A DNA stretch of 64,000 nt from Macrostomum lignano (lineage: Eukaryota). The notes beneath the pieces are model-generated. The model saw nothing but the letters and a program-made list of their open reading frames with translations. It was not told the origin of the DNA and did no database searches. A program made the translations under genes and the position numbers. Shown piece after piece: positions 1 through 12,913 of the stretch. The stretch spans positions 62,001 to 126,000 of the forward strand of contig NIVC01000055.1 in NCBI GenBank assembly GCA_002269645.1, read 5' to 3'. The first letter of the stretch is position 1; the number at the start of each line of letters is the position of its first letter.

Positions 1-425
1 TGCGATGGGAGAAAAGATAGAAGAGGAGAGGAAAGCTGAGGGAGGAAAAAGAGATGAGAGAGAAGAGGAGATTAGAGGAAAGAGGAAAGAAAAGATGATG
101 GATGAGATCAGAAGAGAGGAAAGAGGAAAGAGGAGAGAGTAGATGAGAGAAGAGAGGATAAAGAGGAGATGAGAGGAGAGTGAAGAGAGGAGAGATGAGA
201 GAGTAGAGAAGAGAGGAGAGATAAGATGAGAGAGTAGAGTGGAGAGAGACGAGAGGGAAGATAAGATGAGAGAGTAGAGTGGAATGGAGAGAGACGAGAA
301 GAGAGATAAGAATGTAGAGAGGAGACAGAAGAGATAGGAGAGGAGAGGAAAGAGAGGAGAGAGGAGAGGAAAGAGAGAAGGGATAAGGGATGAGAGAGAA
401 AAGAAAAAGAGGATGAGAAGATTGA
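1..425. repeat. GA-rich low-complexity tract
   Basis: Almost purely purine, degenerate GAGAG/AGAGG units. Confidence 0.9.
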
Positions 426-1815
426 GGAATGGAGAGAATTTGCAAAGGCCTCAAATCTTAGTTTAACATGCATTACTCCCATCTTTGCCTTTTTCCTAAC
501 TGTTAACAAGTTTTTGTTTGAGCATGACTTCAAATTTAGAATCTATGCAAAAATAGTTCCGGGAATTAGAATTCAGTGGTTTAAAAATCTGTGGGTTTTC
601 ACAGCTTGTATCTCTACTGGATTCGTATTCTGCATCTGATGAGCCATCTGAATCAGGGCTCTCATCTTCCATGCCAAATCGTCTAGCAAATCGTTCTTGA
701 GCTATAGGTCACACTGTATTCACTTCACTTACTTCTGGACATTCATGAATCATGACTTTTGTAGTATGCTCACTACACTGTACTGACAATTTACTAATTG
801 CTTCATGCCGCCACTAGATGACATACTGATTAGCTGTTATAAAAACGCGAAATCTGCACGCAGCACTAATTAGCTGGCGAGGCATTTAGCTTTAAAAATA
901 TGGTTATAGTTACTCCTGCCGTTTACCTAAAGTTTTTGCTTGGCTCTTTCATAGGTAAGTCGCATTTTTTATCGAAAACTAAGTCGCACGGCCAGCGTAA
1001 TTTCAGAAGTTGCGCATGTATGTCTATATTGATTTATTTCATTAAAATCAAAGAGGTAGTTCTGATTGCTTTCTAAATGTATTCCCCAAATAGCTTTGTC
1101 TAATTTTTTTCTTAATAGAATCTTTTGTGCTTATGCTTGTCATGTGCACCCCTTACTATTTTTTGTGTGTGATTTATTGGTTTTGCAATTTGTAATTGCC
1201 TACTGCCTTGAGCATGGGGTCACCTGGCTGAATCAGCTGGGTCAGCCATCTGTCATGTATCTATATAGACAATAGCAGGTCTCTCGAATCTGACTAACAA
1301 CCTTAGCCCCAAGTAGTACTTTCTTAGTTCCCAATAAGTTGAGTCCCATTCAGATTCTAATCACTCATTCTCATGTGCAGACCTCTCACAGAGGGAATGC
1401 TTAGGGTGTGTATGTACTAAATATTCTTTTGATATTCGTTTCTTAAAAGTTTGCAAAGAACAACTTTTTATTGTTTAGCATGTACTCGGGCACTTTACTA
1501 TACCTTGAGGGGTTGGCCCTGAAGGGCGTAAACTTCACGAGCAGAGCCAAGCCGAGATTCCGATTTAGCCCCCTAATTTATGACTGCACTTAGAATCGAG
1601 CCTGGGCTGCTGGCGCATCAAAGTGCCGCGCTGGACCTCCCTACAGCCTCCCATCGAATAGTTGGACAAGATGTTCTTAGATATTCATGTCAAAAGTTGT
1701 TTTATAAAAATGAAAAGTACAAACAGTTCCTAGTTTTGTTGGAATAACTAGACCGTAGTCTATGCCATGCATCAATTTATTGCATGCGATTCTGCATGCA
1801 GCAGAGGCGGCCGCA

Positions 1816-1894
1816 ATGGACAGGACAGTCATTGTATTGCGCAACCCGGACGATCCAGGCTATGGCATATCGATCAGCTTTGCCACAGACCAGT
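1816..1894 (+). CDS. ARHGAP21/23: PDZ-PH-RhoGAP gene, coding exon 1 (start of PDZ domain)
   Basis: MDRTVIVLRNPDDPGYGISISFATDQ contains the PDZ carboxylate-binding loop (GYGISI). Donor T|GTAAGC at 1895 (phase 1) joins in frame to 3127. Confidence 0.8.
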
Positions 1895-2152
1895 GTAAGC
1901 TGATATCGCTGCAAAGTTTTTGCTTTCATGCGAATTTACTAAATCTGTTTCAAGTTGTGCCTTCTGCGAACACAGTACTTGGGGTCCGGAAGGCGATAAG
2001 AATTTTGCAGACAATAAATAATTTATTAGTAAATCTGCGCAGTTCTGCCGATATGCCGACAAAATCCACACTGTTTTGTTCAGCAGAATATTCGGTAACA
2101 CTTGCTTATTTTTAGGGGACGCTGATTGCGCATTTGCATCAGATAGTGTATT

Positions 2153-2930
2153 GTGTCTGGCTTATTTCACATACTAAATAGGGAATGTTCGCAGAATGTC
2201 TGCTGATTGAGTGTCTGGCTTATTTCACATACTAAATAGGGAATGTTCGCAGAATGTCTGCTGATTGAGTGTCTGGCTTATTTCACATACTAAATAGGGA
2301 ATGTTCGCAGAATGTCTGCTGATTGAGTGTCTGGCTTATTTTACATGCTAAATAGGGAATGTTCGCAGAATGTCTGCTGATTGAGTGTCTGGCTTATATT
2401 TTACATACTAAATAGAGAATGTTCGCAGAATGTCTGCTGATTGAGTGTCTGGCTTATTTCACATACTAAATAGGGAATGTTCGCAGAATGTATGGGGCTG
2501 ATTGAGTGTCTGGCTTATTTCACATACTAAATAGGGAATGTTCGCAGAATGTCTGCTGATTGAGTGTCTGGCTTATTTCACATACTAAATAGGGAATGTT
2601 CGCAGAATGTCTGCTGATTGAGTGTCTGGCTTATTTCACATACTAAATAGGGAATGTTCGCAGAATGTATGGGGCTGATTGAGTGTCTGGCTTATTTCAC
2701 ATACTAAATAGGGAATGTTCGCAGAATGTCTGCTGATTGAGTGTCTGGCTTATTTCACATACTAAATAGGGAATGTTCGCAGAATGTCTGCTGATTGAGT
2801 GTCTGGCTTATTTCACATACTAAATAGGGAATGTTCGCAGAATGTATGGGGCTGATTGAGTGTCTGGCTTATTTCACATACTAAATAGGGAATGTTCGCA
2901 GAATGTCTGCTGATTGAGTGTCTGGCATAT
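2153..2930. repeat. 58-bp minisatellite (about 13 copies; 60-bp variants), RhoGAP intron 1
   Basis: GTGTCTGGCTTATTTCACATACTAAATAGGGAATGTTCGCAGAATGTCTGCTGATTGA recurs at 2153, 2211 and onward. Confidence 0.95.
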
Positions 2931-3126
2931 ATTTTACATGCTAAAATGTGTGGGTATTTTTGTGTTTGGTGTCTATACTTGTAGAGTTATTACACTCCAT
3001 CTGGTCGCTATAAGTAGTGTCAAAGGCATTTTCTGCTGTCGAATTTCTACTGTAAAAGTCTCAATAGTGCAGAACTTTGCATTCAAATCCAAACCCTCGG
3101 TCTCTCTTCCCGACTGTCCCGGACAG

Positions 3127-3277
3127 CTCGCAACGCGGTCGTCCCTGTCACCGAGGTCGCTCCTGGAGGTCCGTCCGCCCGCGCCGGGCTCCGCCGCGGT
3201 GACCGAATCTCCGCCATCAACGGCACCCCGCTGAGCCGCTTCAGCGAGGAGGCGCTGCGCAATCTGCTGGAGAATCG
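3127..3277 (+). CDS. ARHGAP21/23: PDZ-PH-RhoGAP gene, exon 2 (PDZ core)
   Basis: Acceptor GGACAG|; RNAVVPVTEVAPGGPSARAGLRRGDRISAINGTPLSRFSEEALRNLLENR is a classic PDZ (GD-I--ING). Donor CG|GTGAGC, phase 2. Confidence 0.9.
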
Positions 3278-3559
3278 GTGAGCTCTTAATGCGTGCAATG
3301 CAACTAACAATGTATGACTTCTTAGTTAAGCTGAGTTGGCCGAGGTTAGTGCGCAACCAGCTAGGCTGCTTTGCCATCATCCTTTGAAACAGTCACTGGG
3401 AGAGTTGCGACCATCCCACAGTCTCAAGAGCTTAATTATGCTAATTTTAATAATTTTGGCTTCAAGTCTATGTAATGGCTTTTGACTCAGAAAATATGCA
3501 GCTTTTCTGGATGAGATTCTTGCAAAATGGAATTATATTCTTAGAAAATGTAATTCGAT

Positions 3560-4290
3560 TCCAGGAAAATTGGATTTAGTTCCTGGAAAATGAGAATCGG
3601 TTCATGAAAAATGGGACTTATTTTCTCTAAAATTGGATTCAATTCCTGAAAAGTCTAATTCAATTCCTGAAAAGTAAGATATTATTCCTAAAAAATCGGA
3701 TTCAATTCCTGGAAAGTAGGATTTGATTCCTGTAAATCGGATTCAATTCCTGGAAAATCAGATTTAACTCGTGGAAAATCGGATTCAATTCCTAGAAAAT
3801 TGGATTCAATTCCTGGAAAATCGGATACTATACCTAGAAAATCGGATTCAATTCCTGGAAAGTAGGGTTTAATTCCTGGAAAGTAGGATTTGACTCCTGG
3901 AAAATCGGATTTAATTCCTGGAAAATCAGATTTAACTCCTGGAAAATCGGATTAAATTCCTGGAAAATCGGATATTATTCCTAGAAAATCGGATTCAATT
4001 CCTGGAAAGTAGGATTCAATTCCTGGAAAGTAGGATTTAATTCCTGGAAAGTAGGATTTGATTCCTGGAAAATCGGTTTCAATTCCTGGAAAATCGGATT
4101 CAATTCCTAGATAGTGTGATTTGATTCCTGGAAAATCGGATTCAATTCCTGGAAAATCAGATTCAATTCCTGGAAAGTAGGATTTAATTCCTGGAAAGTA
4201 GGATTTGATTCCTGGAAAATCGGTTTCAATTCCTGGAAAATCGGATTTAATTCCTGGAAAATCGGATTCAATTCCTATAAAACTGGAGTT
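3560..4290. repeat. 21-bp minisatellite
   Basis: AATCGGATTCAATTCCTGGAA consensus. Confidence 0.9.
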
Positions 4291-5077
4291 CAAATCTTGG
4301 AAAATTAATATTCGATATTTGGGAAGTAGAATCACATTTTGGGTTGCTGGGATTCGATCCGTAAAAAAACGTTTTATGCGATTGTTTTCCAGAAAGAATT
4401 AAGATTGCTAGGAAATCCTTAAGCCAATGCTTTTGCTATTCCTAGAGAACGGGCTCTGTACAACAAATGCATTTTTTGCTCAATTGCCTGAGCAGTCATC
4501 GGATTCCAATGGATAGAATTCGGCTCTGCAGAAACATGGCAGACTCAGAGAGATACAGAGAAATCTCATTAACAGAGCGTTATATTTGCACTTTAGACTG
4601 GCTGGCAGCCACATAAAAAAGGTGAAAGTTGACTCCAAGTATCTTATATTGCCGCGATAACTTCATCAATTAACTCTGGCTGGATTCCAGCCAGCGCCAC
4701 AGTTAAATGTCTGTATTGGGACTGAGAGACTTGGCTTTTACTATTTATCTGTATGGTACCATAAAACTATATTATTTACTAGTACGAAAATTGCACTTGC
4801 TGTGCCGCACCTCGGCCATCTGCTCCCCTCTGGGCGCTGGAACAAGTGGCCGGTAGGCCGATTTGGCCAAGTAATATCGGGGCAGTTGGGGCTTCGAATT
4901 CCCTCTGCCTTCAAGCCACCATCAGACCCCCTGCAGTGGTGCTGTGTCCCGCGGTATACTATGCGAGCAAAATAATTACGATAAAAATAGAATTATGAAG
5001 TAAATTTCATTTCAAATTAATTATGGAACCAATTGGAGTTCTTAGCTCCGCTGTTTGCACCTTCGACTATCGTGTCT

Positions 5078-6870
5078 CCACCACTGGACTCCCTTCTCTC
5101 CCTGTCGTGTCTCTCTCACTCCACTGGTCTCCCTTCTCTCCCTGTCGTGTCTCTCTCACTCCACTGGACTCCCTTCTCTCCCTGTCGTGTCTCTCTCACT
5201 CCACTGGTCTCCCTTCTCTCCCTGTCGTGTCTCTCTCACTCCACTGGACTCCCTTCTCTCCCTGTCGTGTCTCTCTCACTCCACTGGTCTCCCTTCTCTC
5301 CCTGTCGTGTCTCTCTCACTCCACTGGTCTCCCTTCTCTCCCTGTCGTGTCTCTCTCACTCCACTGGACTCCCTTCTCTCCCTGTCGCGTCTCTCTCACT
5401 CCACTGGTCTCCCTTCTCTCCCTGTCGTGTCTCTCCCTCACTCCACTGGTCTCCCTTCTCTCACTCTCGTGTCTCTCTCACTCCACTGGTCTCCCTTCTC
5501 TCCCTGTCGTGTCTCTCTCACTCCACTGGTCTCCCTTCCCTGTCGTGTCTCTCTCACTCCACTGGTCTCCCTTCTCTCCCTGTCGTGTCTCTCTCACTCC
5601 ACTGGTCTCCCTTCCCTGTCGTGTCTCTCCCTCACTCCACTGGTCTCCCTTCTCTCACTCTCGTGTCTCTCTCACTCCACTGGTCTCCCTTCCCTGTCGT
5701 GTCTCTCACTCCACTGGTCTCCCTTCTCTCCCTGTCGTGTCTCTCCCTCACTCCACTGGTCTCCCTTCTCTCACTCTCGTGTCTCTCTCACTCCACTGGT
5801 CTCCCTTCTCTCCCTGTCGTGTCTCTCTCACTCCACTGGTCTCCCTTCCCTGTCGTGTCTCTCCCTCACTCCACTGGTCTCCCTTCTCTCACTCTCGTGT
5901 CTCTCTCACTCCACTGGTCTCCCTTCTCTCCCTGTCGTGTCTCTCTCACTCCACTGGTCTCCCTTCCCTGTCGTGTCTCTCCCTCACTCCACTGGTCTCC
6001 CTTCTCTCACTCTCGTGTCTCTCTCACTCCACTGGTCTCCCTTCTCTCACTCTCGTGTCTCTCTCACTCCACTGGTCTCCCTTCTCTCCCTGTCGTGTCT
6101 CTCCCTCACTCCACTGGTCTCCCTTCCCTGTCGTGTCTCTCCCTCACTCCACTGGTCTCCCTTCTCTCACTCTCGTGTCTCTCTCACTCCACTGGTCTCC
6201 CTTCTCTCCCTGTCGTGTCTCTCTCACTCCACTGGTCTCCCTTCCCTGTCGTGTCTCTCTCACTCCACTGGTCTCCCTTCCCTGTCGTGTCTCTCCCTCA
6301 CTCCACTGGTCTCCCTTCTCTCCCTGTCGTGTCTCTCTCACTCCACTGGTCTCCCTTCTCTCCCTGTCGTGTCTCTCTCACTCCACTGGTCTCCCTTCCC
6401 TGTCGTGTCTCTCTCACTCCACTGGTCTCCCTTTTCTCCCTGTCGTGTCTCTCTCACTCCACTGGTCTCCCTTCTCTCCCTGTCGTGTCTCTCTCACTCC
6501 ACTGGTCTCCCTCCTGTCTCTCTCTCACTCCACTGGTCTCCCTTCTCTCCCTGTCGTGTCTCTCTCACTCCACTGGTCTCCCTCCTGTCTCTCTCTCACT
6601 CCACTGGTCTCCCTTCTCTCCCTGTTGTCTCCCTCACTCCACTGGTCTCCCTTCTCTCACTCTCCTGTCTCTCCCTCACTCCACTGGTCTCCCTTCTCTC
6701 ACTCTCCTGTCTCTCCCTCACTCCACTGGTCTCCCTTCTCTCACTCTCCTGTCTCTCCCTCACTCCACTGGTCTCCCTTCTCTCACTCTCCTGTCTCTCC
6801 CTCACTCCACTGGTCTCCCTTCTCTCACTCTCCTGTCTCTCCCTCACTCAACTGGTCTCCATTCTCTCCT
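5078..6870. repeat. 40-bp pyrimidine-rich minisatellite (35-42 bp variants)
   Basis: CTCCACTGGTCTCCCTTCTCTCCCTGTCGTGTCTCTCTCA. Confidence 0.95.
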
Positions 6871-7762
6871 CTTCTATCCATCACTTTCCTTTCCATTTTT
6901 AATTCCGTGTACTCCGTGTACTTTTGCATAGCATGTAAACACTTCAAGTTCGAGTATTTTTCCTCACAAAACTCACTGGAGTTGACGTTATAGCGGCTGT
7001 ATAATGTGATTGCGAGTGGATGGGCAATCTTATAAATGATCTGGGATCACTAACCCGGGCCCCTGTGGATTAATAAAAAACTCTGGCCTAGCCTAGCCCA
7101 TAATTTGACGTTGATGACTCCTCTGTCAGGCGCACGCGGCTGTGTACTTTTAGTTTGCGAGTCCTACACGACCGGCCAGCAGATTAAGCGTGTAACAGAA
7201 GATGCCACAGGGCCGCCTTGTCTCCTAAATTCTCCCAGGAACTATTTATTTCCTGAGTCTCCCTCCCCGATATCCTCATGCCTGCGCTTCATCCTTAGCC
7301 GGATCTGATGGGATGCAAGCTGGATTGGCTTTTGACTGAGGCCTCGCCCTCCCTCAGCCCCTCCCCATCCGGCGGGTGGATAAATAGCGCGGGCCCAGCA
7401 ACTCTCTCGCTAGCCGTAGGTCTACTATCGAACTCAGTAGCGCAGGACAGCCAGCCGGGCGGAGATTGAGGATCCAGGACTCGGTTCCGGACTTGGCAAG
7501 CGGAGCACGCGATACCGCTGCGAATCCTCCTGTGATTTTGTATACCTGTCCCTGTTCAGAGGCAAGTGCTTTTGGGGCTCCCAAATTTATGCGCTGGCCT
7601 GTTTCGAAATTCTACATCATTTCCTCACTTTTTTTACCGTTGTTGCAGCGCTGTCTTCCTGAGTTTTGCTTTTGATTCATTTTTTATATAAAAAGGTGCG
7701 CATTTTATGCGACTTTTGTCACGTCGTTTTGTCTGTCCATTCCTCTGCCTTTCCATGTGCCC

Positions 7763-7837
7763 GCCTGTCTGTCTGTCTGTCTGCCTGTCTGTCTGTCTGT
7801 CTGTCTGTCTGTCCTTCTGTCTGTCTGTCTGTCTGTG

Positions 7838-7888
<51 letters not shown>

Positions 7889-7893
7889 GTCTC

Positions 7894-7958
<65 letters not shown>

Positions 7959-8025
7959 GTGTGTGTGTGTGTCTGTCTGTCTGTCTGTCTGTCTGTGTGT
8001 CTGTCTGTCTGCCTGCCTGTCTGCC

Positions 8026-8057
<32 letters not shown>
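7763..8057. repeat. (TGTC)n microsatellite
   Basis: Direct reading. Confidence 0.95.
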
Positions 8058-8058
<1 letters not shown>

Positions 8059-8899
8059 TTCAGCTTTCTGTCCGTCTTATTCTGTCTTTCTGTGCCCACC
8101 AATCTCCGCCTATCCATTTGTGCATTGCCCACCCCACAAGCGGTGCCCCTCGGGCCGTTGCCGCCCAGTTGCCAGCGGCAGTGAACTCCACAATAACGCC
8201 AATTTCCCCAAAACTGCTGCGCGTTGTCCTGTAGGCCAGCGCCACTTGCCACTCAGCCGGGCCGGCCGCAGACCGCAGCCAGGGTATGTGCGCGCACCTG
8301 CCGGAGTGTTGCCGAGTACTTTTTATTTTCGTCTTAATGTATACATTGTCTTTCCATCCTTGTTTCTCCTTAACTTTCCCTATTTAATGCATCACTGCTC
8401 ATTGACATAGCAACTATTTTGTGTAGAATAAAAACTTTGTAGGTACACATGTAGTTCCTCATGAGGCTGTTTTGGTTTAGCTACTAGATTGGTGCACCAA
8501 TATTCGTTATTTTTCCTTTAATTAACATTTATAGTCGTTAAAACTAACAAAAAGTCTGTAAAAAGTCTGTTGTAAAGCATGCGCGATGGTAGTTTTGGCA
8601 CAAAATGTAAAATGACAGAATTAAAGAATTTAGTAGATTGTATACATGTGCTTAAACTTTGTGTAGACAGCTTGCACTATTTAAAATTGATTTGTTTGCA
8701 CAGGTGACAGCGATTAGTTTCTTTGCGTTATAATTCAGTTTAAATTGGATTAGTTTGAATGCACTTTTATTGGTTAAAAGGTCTTCATTTTCTCTATTTA
8801 CTGATGGGTTGCAGCAGTCTAGTAGAATTTGCATCATCATTCATTTTGTTTATAGTGAAAAAATGTGATTGCTGCTATGCTCTAGTAGACGTAGGGGCC

Positions 8900-9550
8900 A
8901 GAATGGATTGCTAGTCTAGTCAACATCACGGATGCAGGAATAGAGTGGATTGCTAGTCTAGCCAACATCACGGATGCAGGAATAGAGTGGATTGCTAGTC
9001 TAGTCAATAGCACGGATGCAGGAATAGAGTGGATTGCTAGTCTAGTCAATAGCACGGATGCAGGAATAGAGTGGATTGCTAATCTAGCCAATAGCACGGA
9101 TGCAGGAATAGAGTGGATTGCTAGTCTAGTCAATAGCACGGATGCAGGAATAGAGTGGATTGCTAGTCTAGTCAATAGCACGGATGCAGGAATAGAGTGG
9201 ATTGCTAGTCTAGTCAATAGCACGGATGCAGGAATAGAGTGGATTGCTAATCTAGTCAATAGCACGGATGCAGGAATAGAGTGGATTGCTAATCTAGTCA
9301 ATAGCGCGGATGCAGGAATAGAGTGGATTGCTAGTCTAGTCAACATCACGGATGTAGGAATAGAGTGGATTGCTAGTCTAGTCAACATCAAGGATGCAGG
9401 AATAGAGTGGATTGCTAGTCTAGTCAATAGCACGGATGCAGGAATAGAGTGGATTGCTAGTCTTGTCAACATCACGGATGCAGGAATAGAGTGGATTGCT
9501 AGTCTAGTCAACATCAAGGATGCAGGAATAGAGTGGATTGCTAGTCTAGT
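8900..9550. repeat. 42-bp minisatellite ending 18 nt before the exon 3 acceptor
   Basis: GGATGCAGGAATAGAGTGGATTGCTAGTCTAGTCAATAGCAC. Confidence 0.95.
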
Positions 9551-9568
9551 TCACCGTTGCCCTCGCAG

Positions 9569-10122
9569 CCGCGTGAATCGGATCGCCCTGACGGTGCTGT
9601 CATTGGCGTCGCCTACTGTTGCAAAAGCAGAAGACGCCAGCGCGGTGGAAGACCGAGCAGAGCTGTTCCCCAGCGACGAAGAGGAAGCCTTTGCCACAAT
9701 GGACTCGCCCCTGAGTCAATCCTGCGATGGCGCCGACGGGCCGCGGGTCACCCGTCGAGAGAAACGACGCTGCACGCCGGAGCGCGGTCTGTCCTCGCCT
9801 TCGTCGTTGACGTCCGCCGCCGCTGCCGGGCCGACCTCCCCGCGGGTGCACCTGAGGCGCGGCTATCCCCGGTCGCCTCAGCAGCTGGAGCAGCTGGCGC
9901 CGCCCTGGTCGCCCCGGTCTGTGCAGTCCTCGCCAGCGAAGTCCCAGCTGGCCTCGCCGTCCGCCTCCTCCGTGTTTGGCCGGCTGAGCGGCGAGGACTC
10001 GTCCCTTTCGATGTCGCCGTCGCCGCAGACGCCGTTGGTTGGCATGCGGCAGCGAGCGGCTACCGGCTCGGCCATCGGGTCGGCCTCCCCCGTGCCTGTG
10101 TTTCTGTTCTCCACCGTTCCTG
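9569..10122 (+). CDS. ARHGAP21/23: PDZ-PH-RhoGAP gene, exon 3 (last PDZ strand plus Ser/Pro-rich linker)
   Basis: Acceptor CCTCGCAG| is phase 2 and matches exon 2. Reads RVNRIALTVLS...STVPG. Donor TG|GTGAGC, phase 1. Confidence 0.8.
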
Positions 10123-10304
10123 GTGAGCGTTGCGTGTTGACTCCCTCCTAAGCCATTCCTAATCATAGCTTTCTGGTTAAGGGTAGGGCATTGAAGCTTA
10201 ATTTATGGGTTGTGGAGGCGTTACTCCACAGTAAGTTTTTGTGCTGCTCCTCATAGTACGCTGTGCTTTTTCAAGAAGTGGAAGGCGAAAACAAAGGCTC
10301 TCAG

Positions 10305-10852
10305 GGATGCGATTGAGGGTGAGATAGGGGATGACAATGATAGAGTAGACTAGGGATGACTAGAGATAGACAGGATTAGGGGTGAGAGTGACAGGATTAG
10401 GGATGAGATTGACAGGATTAGGGATGAGAGTGACAGGATTAGGGAAGAGATTGACAGGATTAGGGATGAGATTGACAGGATTAGGGATGAGATTGACAGG
10501 ATTAGGGATGAGAGTGACAGGATTAGGGATGAGATTGACAGGATTAGGGGTGAGGTTGACAGGATTAGGGATGAGATTGACAGGATTACAGATGAGGGAG
10601 AGATTAGAGAGGATTACAGATGAGGGTGAGATATAGAGGATTACAGACGAGTATGAGATAAAGAGGATTACAGATGAGGGAGAGATTAGAGAGGATTACA
10701 GATGAGGGTGAGATATAGAGGATTACAGACGAGTATGAGATAAAGAGGATTACAGATGAGGGAGAGATTAGAGAGGATTACAGATGAGGGTGAGATAAAA
10801 AAGGATTACAGATGAGGGTGAGATAGAGAGGATTACAGACGAGGGAGAGATA
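10305..10852. repeat. Compound GA-rich minisatellite (21-bp GATTAGGGATGAGATTGACAG, then GAGGATTACAGATGAGGG-type units)
   Basis: Direct reading. Confidence 0.9.
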
Positions 10853-11494
10853 GCGTCTGTAATCCCCTTTATCTCATAATCGACCACCAGTATTATTGGT
10901 AGAGGCTTAGGCCAGGGCATGGAGTGGGAGCTGGGTAGGGACTAATGCATTACCGTAGTCCGCATGAACGCTCACTGCAATGCAATACTTTTTGATAGGC
11001 AAACAATAACACACTTCATCACTTCCCGTCTGCTTCGGTCTCCCTTCGCTCATGTCAGCGGGATTTGCTTTTTTCACATTTGCATAGCTGTAAATTTGCC
11101 TGCATTGCTACGGAGGAGCCTCCGCCCGCGGCCTAAGCTGCTGGGATTTGCACGGATTCCCTTCACGGGTGTGCGGCCAGGGCCCGGGGAGTCTGTTTAC
11201 ATCCTGCCTGACTGCCGATTTCGGAATTATTCACGAGTTCCCACGGCTGGGCGGGTGGGTAGGTAGGGATGCGGACCTGCCGCTCTGTCTGAGCTCTGCT
11301 CCGATTGAGCTGCAACTGCTGCCAGTCTGGCTGTCCGAACCCCCCCCCACCCACCGGATTCCAGGGCTGAAAGCAGGGAGGGGATGCTGGGCGGGGCATC
11401 GGGGAGACTGAGCGCGCATTCATTATTCCACTTTATTGCTGCGTCCTGGGTGCGTTCGCATATTGCTACATTTCTGTGGGGTTGTCACCTAGCT

Positions 11495-11811
<317 letters not shown>

Positions 11812-11828
11812 AAATCTGCATCCCGCAG

Positions 11829-11959
11829 ACTCCGCCGACCCCAGGCCGGGCAGCGGCAGCAGCCAGTGCGAGTCGCCCGGCTCGGGCCCCAGCCCAACAC
11901 ACCGGCGGCTGCATCAACAGCCCAGAATAGCCGGCAACTGCGGCTCTCCAGCAGTCGAT
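11829..11959 (+). CDS. ARHGAP21/23: PDZ-PH-RhoGAP gene, exon 4
   Basis: Acceptor TCCCGCAG| phase 1; [12 protein letters not shown]...PAVD; donor GAT|GTAAGT phase 0. Confidence 0.7.
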
Positions 11960-12725
11960 GTAAGTCCTTTGCCTCCCCCTCGTGCGTAGCCCCTGCTCGC
12001 GCTTGCAATTTTTCCTCATTCCGCGCGTTCACGCCGAAGCCTAAGAATGGAGGCGGCTATATTTATACGCCCGAGCCCGCCTCCTGAGGATGCTCAAGCC
12101 TCCCGCCTCTAATCTTTTTTCTGCTCCTCTTACCCTTCGGTTCTTCGTCTTTTTCGGCTGTTCTGCTTAGAGGAAGCGCAATTCAAGTCACTAATTTTTG
12201 CCACACTGTGTTCTTTCCTATCGCATGTATTATCCGCATCGGTTATCTTTTCTGCGTTGCCTAATCCCTAATCCCTCTGCATCCCGTTAATCTGTTTGCG
12301 ATTAGTTGCTAGTCTCCTCTATTGCATATTTATTGCATTTATTATTCCGTGCCCTGTTTGATTTATCTATTGCTGAGCTTGCATCCGTGTTTTACGACTT
12401 GCGCTAGAATGTGGCAATAGCTACTTTAAGTACTAATTACTACTGATAGCGATTTGCGTGTCAGGCGGCACATCTTACCCATTGAAAGCGTTACCGTGAC
12501 AAGAATCGCTAAAAGAGTCATTGAAAAATAATCACCATGGAGCATCAAATCAATGCAATGCGGCGGAGAATCACGTGAGCTGTAGAATCGTAAAAAAAGT
12601 ATAGACTAAACAGAGCTGTTAAAAATGCGATATGGGATTCTAATTCATCGATGGACGCAGATGTGCTTTAGACGCAACTCACTGATTCTGCAGCGACTGT
12701 ACGACCCCTGAGTTAGTATACTCGT

Positions 12726-12913
12726 AGAAGCTTCCCAGAGTCGTTTCAGAGTCACAGAGACAATAAAACACCTCAAATGGACTCTTTAGGCAACTTGTAC
12801 CGTGACATCTCGTCGTTTTAGCGTCGTCTAGTCTAGATACTAAAACTTCTATTTCTTTCCTATATTACCCGTGTTTACCTGCAACGACTCCGAAACGACT
12901 CTGGGGAGTTTCT
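12726..12913. mobile_element. MITE-like 188-bp element with 28-bp imperfect terminal inverted repeats
   Basis: AGAAGCTTCCCAGAGTCGTTTCAGAGTC and GACTCCGAAACGACTCTGGGGAGTTTCT pair at 25/28 positions. No clear TSD. Confidence 0.45.

Noticed and set aside
2153-2930. CRISPR-like array (also considered for the 42-, 44- and 60-bp arrays)
   Set aside because: The units are contiguous with no unique spacers, the context is a eukaryotic intron, and no cas genes are present.
5023-6993. Three overlapping ORFs of 615-656 aa
   Set aside because: They are translations of a stop-free 40-bp minisatellite, open in all three frames, inside RhoGAP intron 2.
8141-8283. Possible extra RhoGAP exon in intron 2
   Set aside because: Exon 2 joins exon 3 directly in phase and completes the PDZ fold; inserting this segment would break the domain or introduce a stop.
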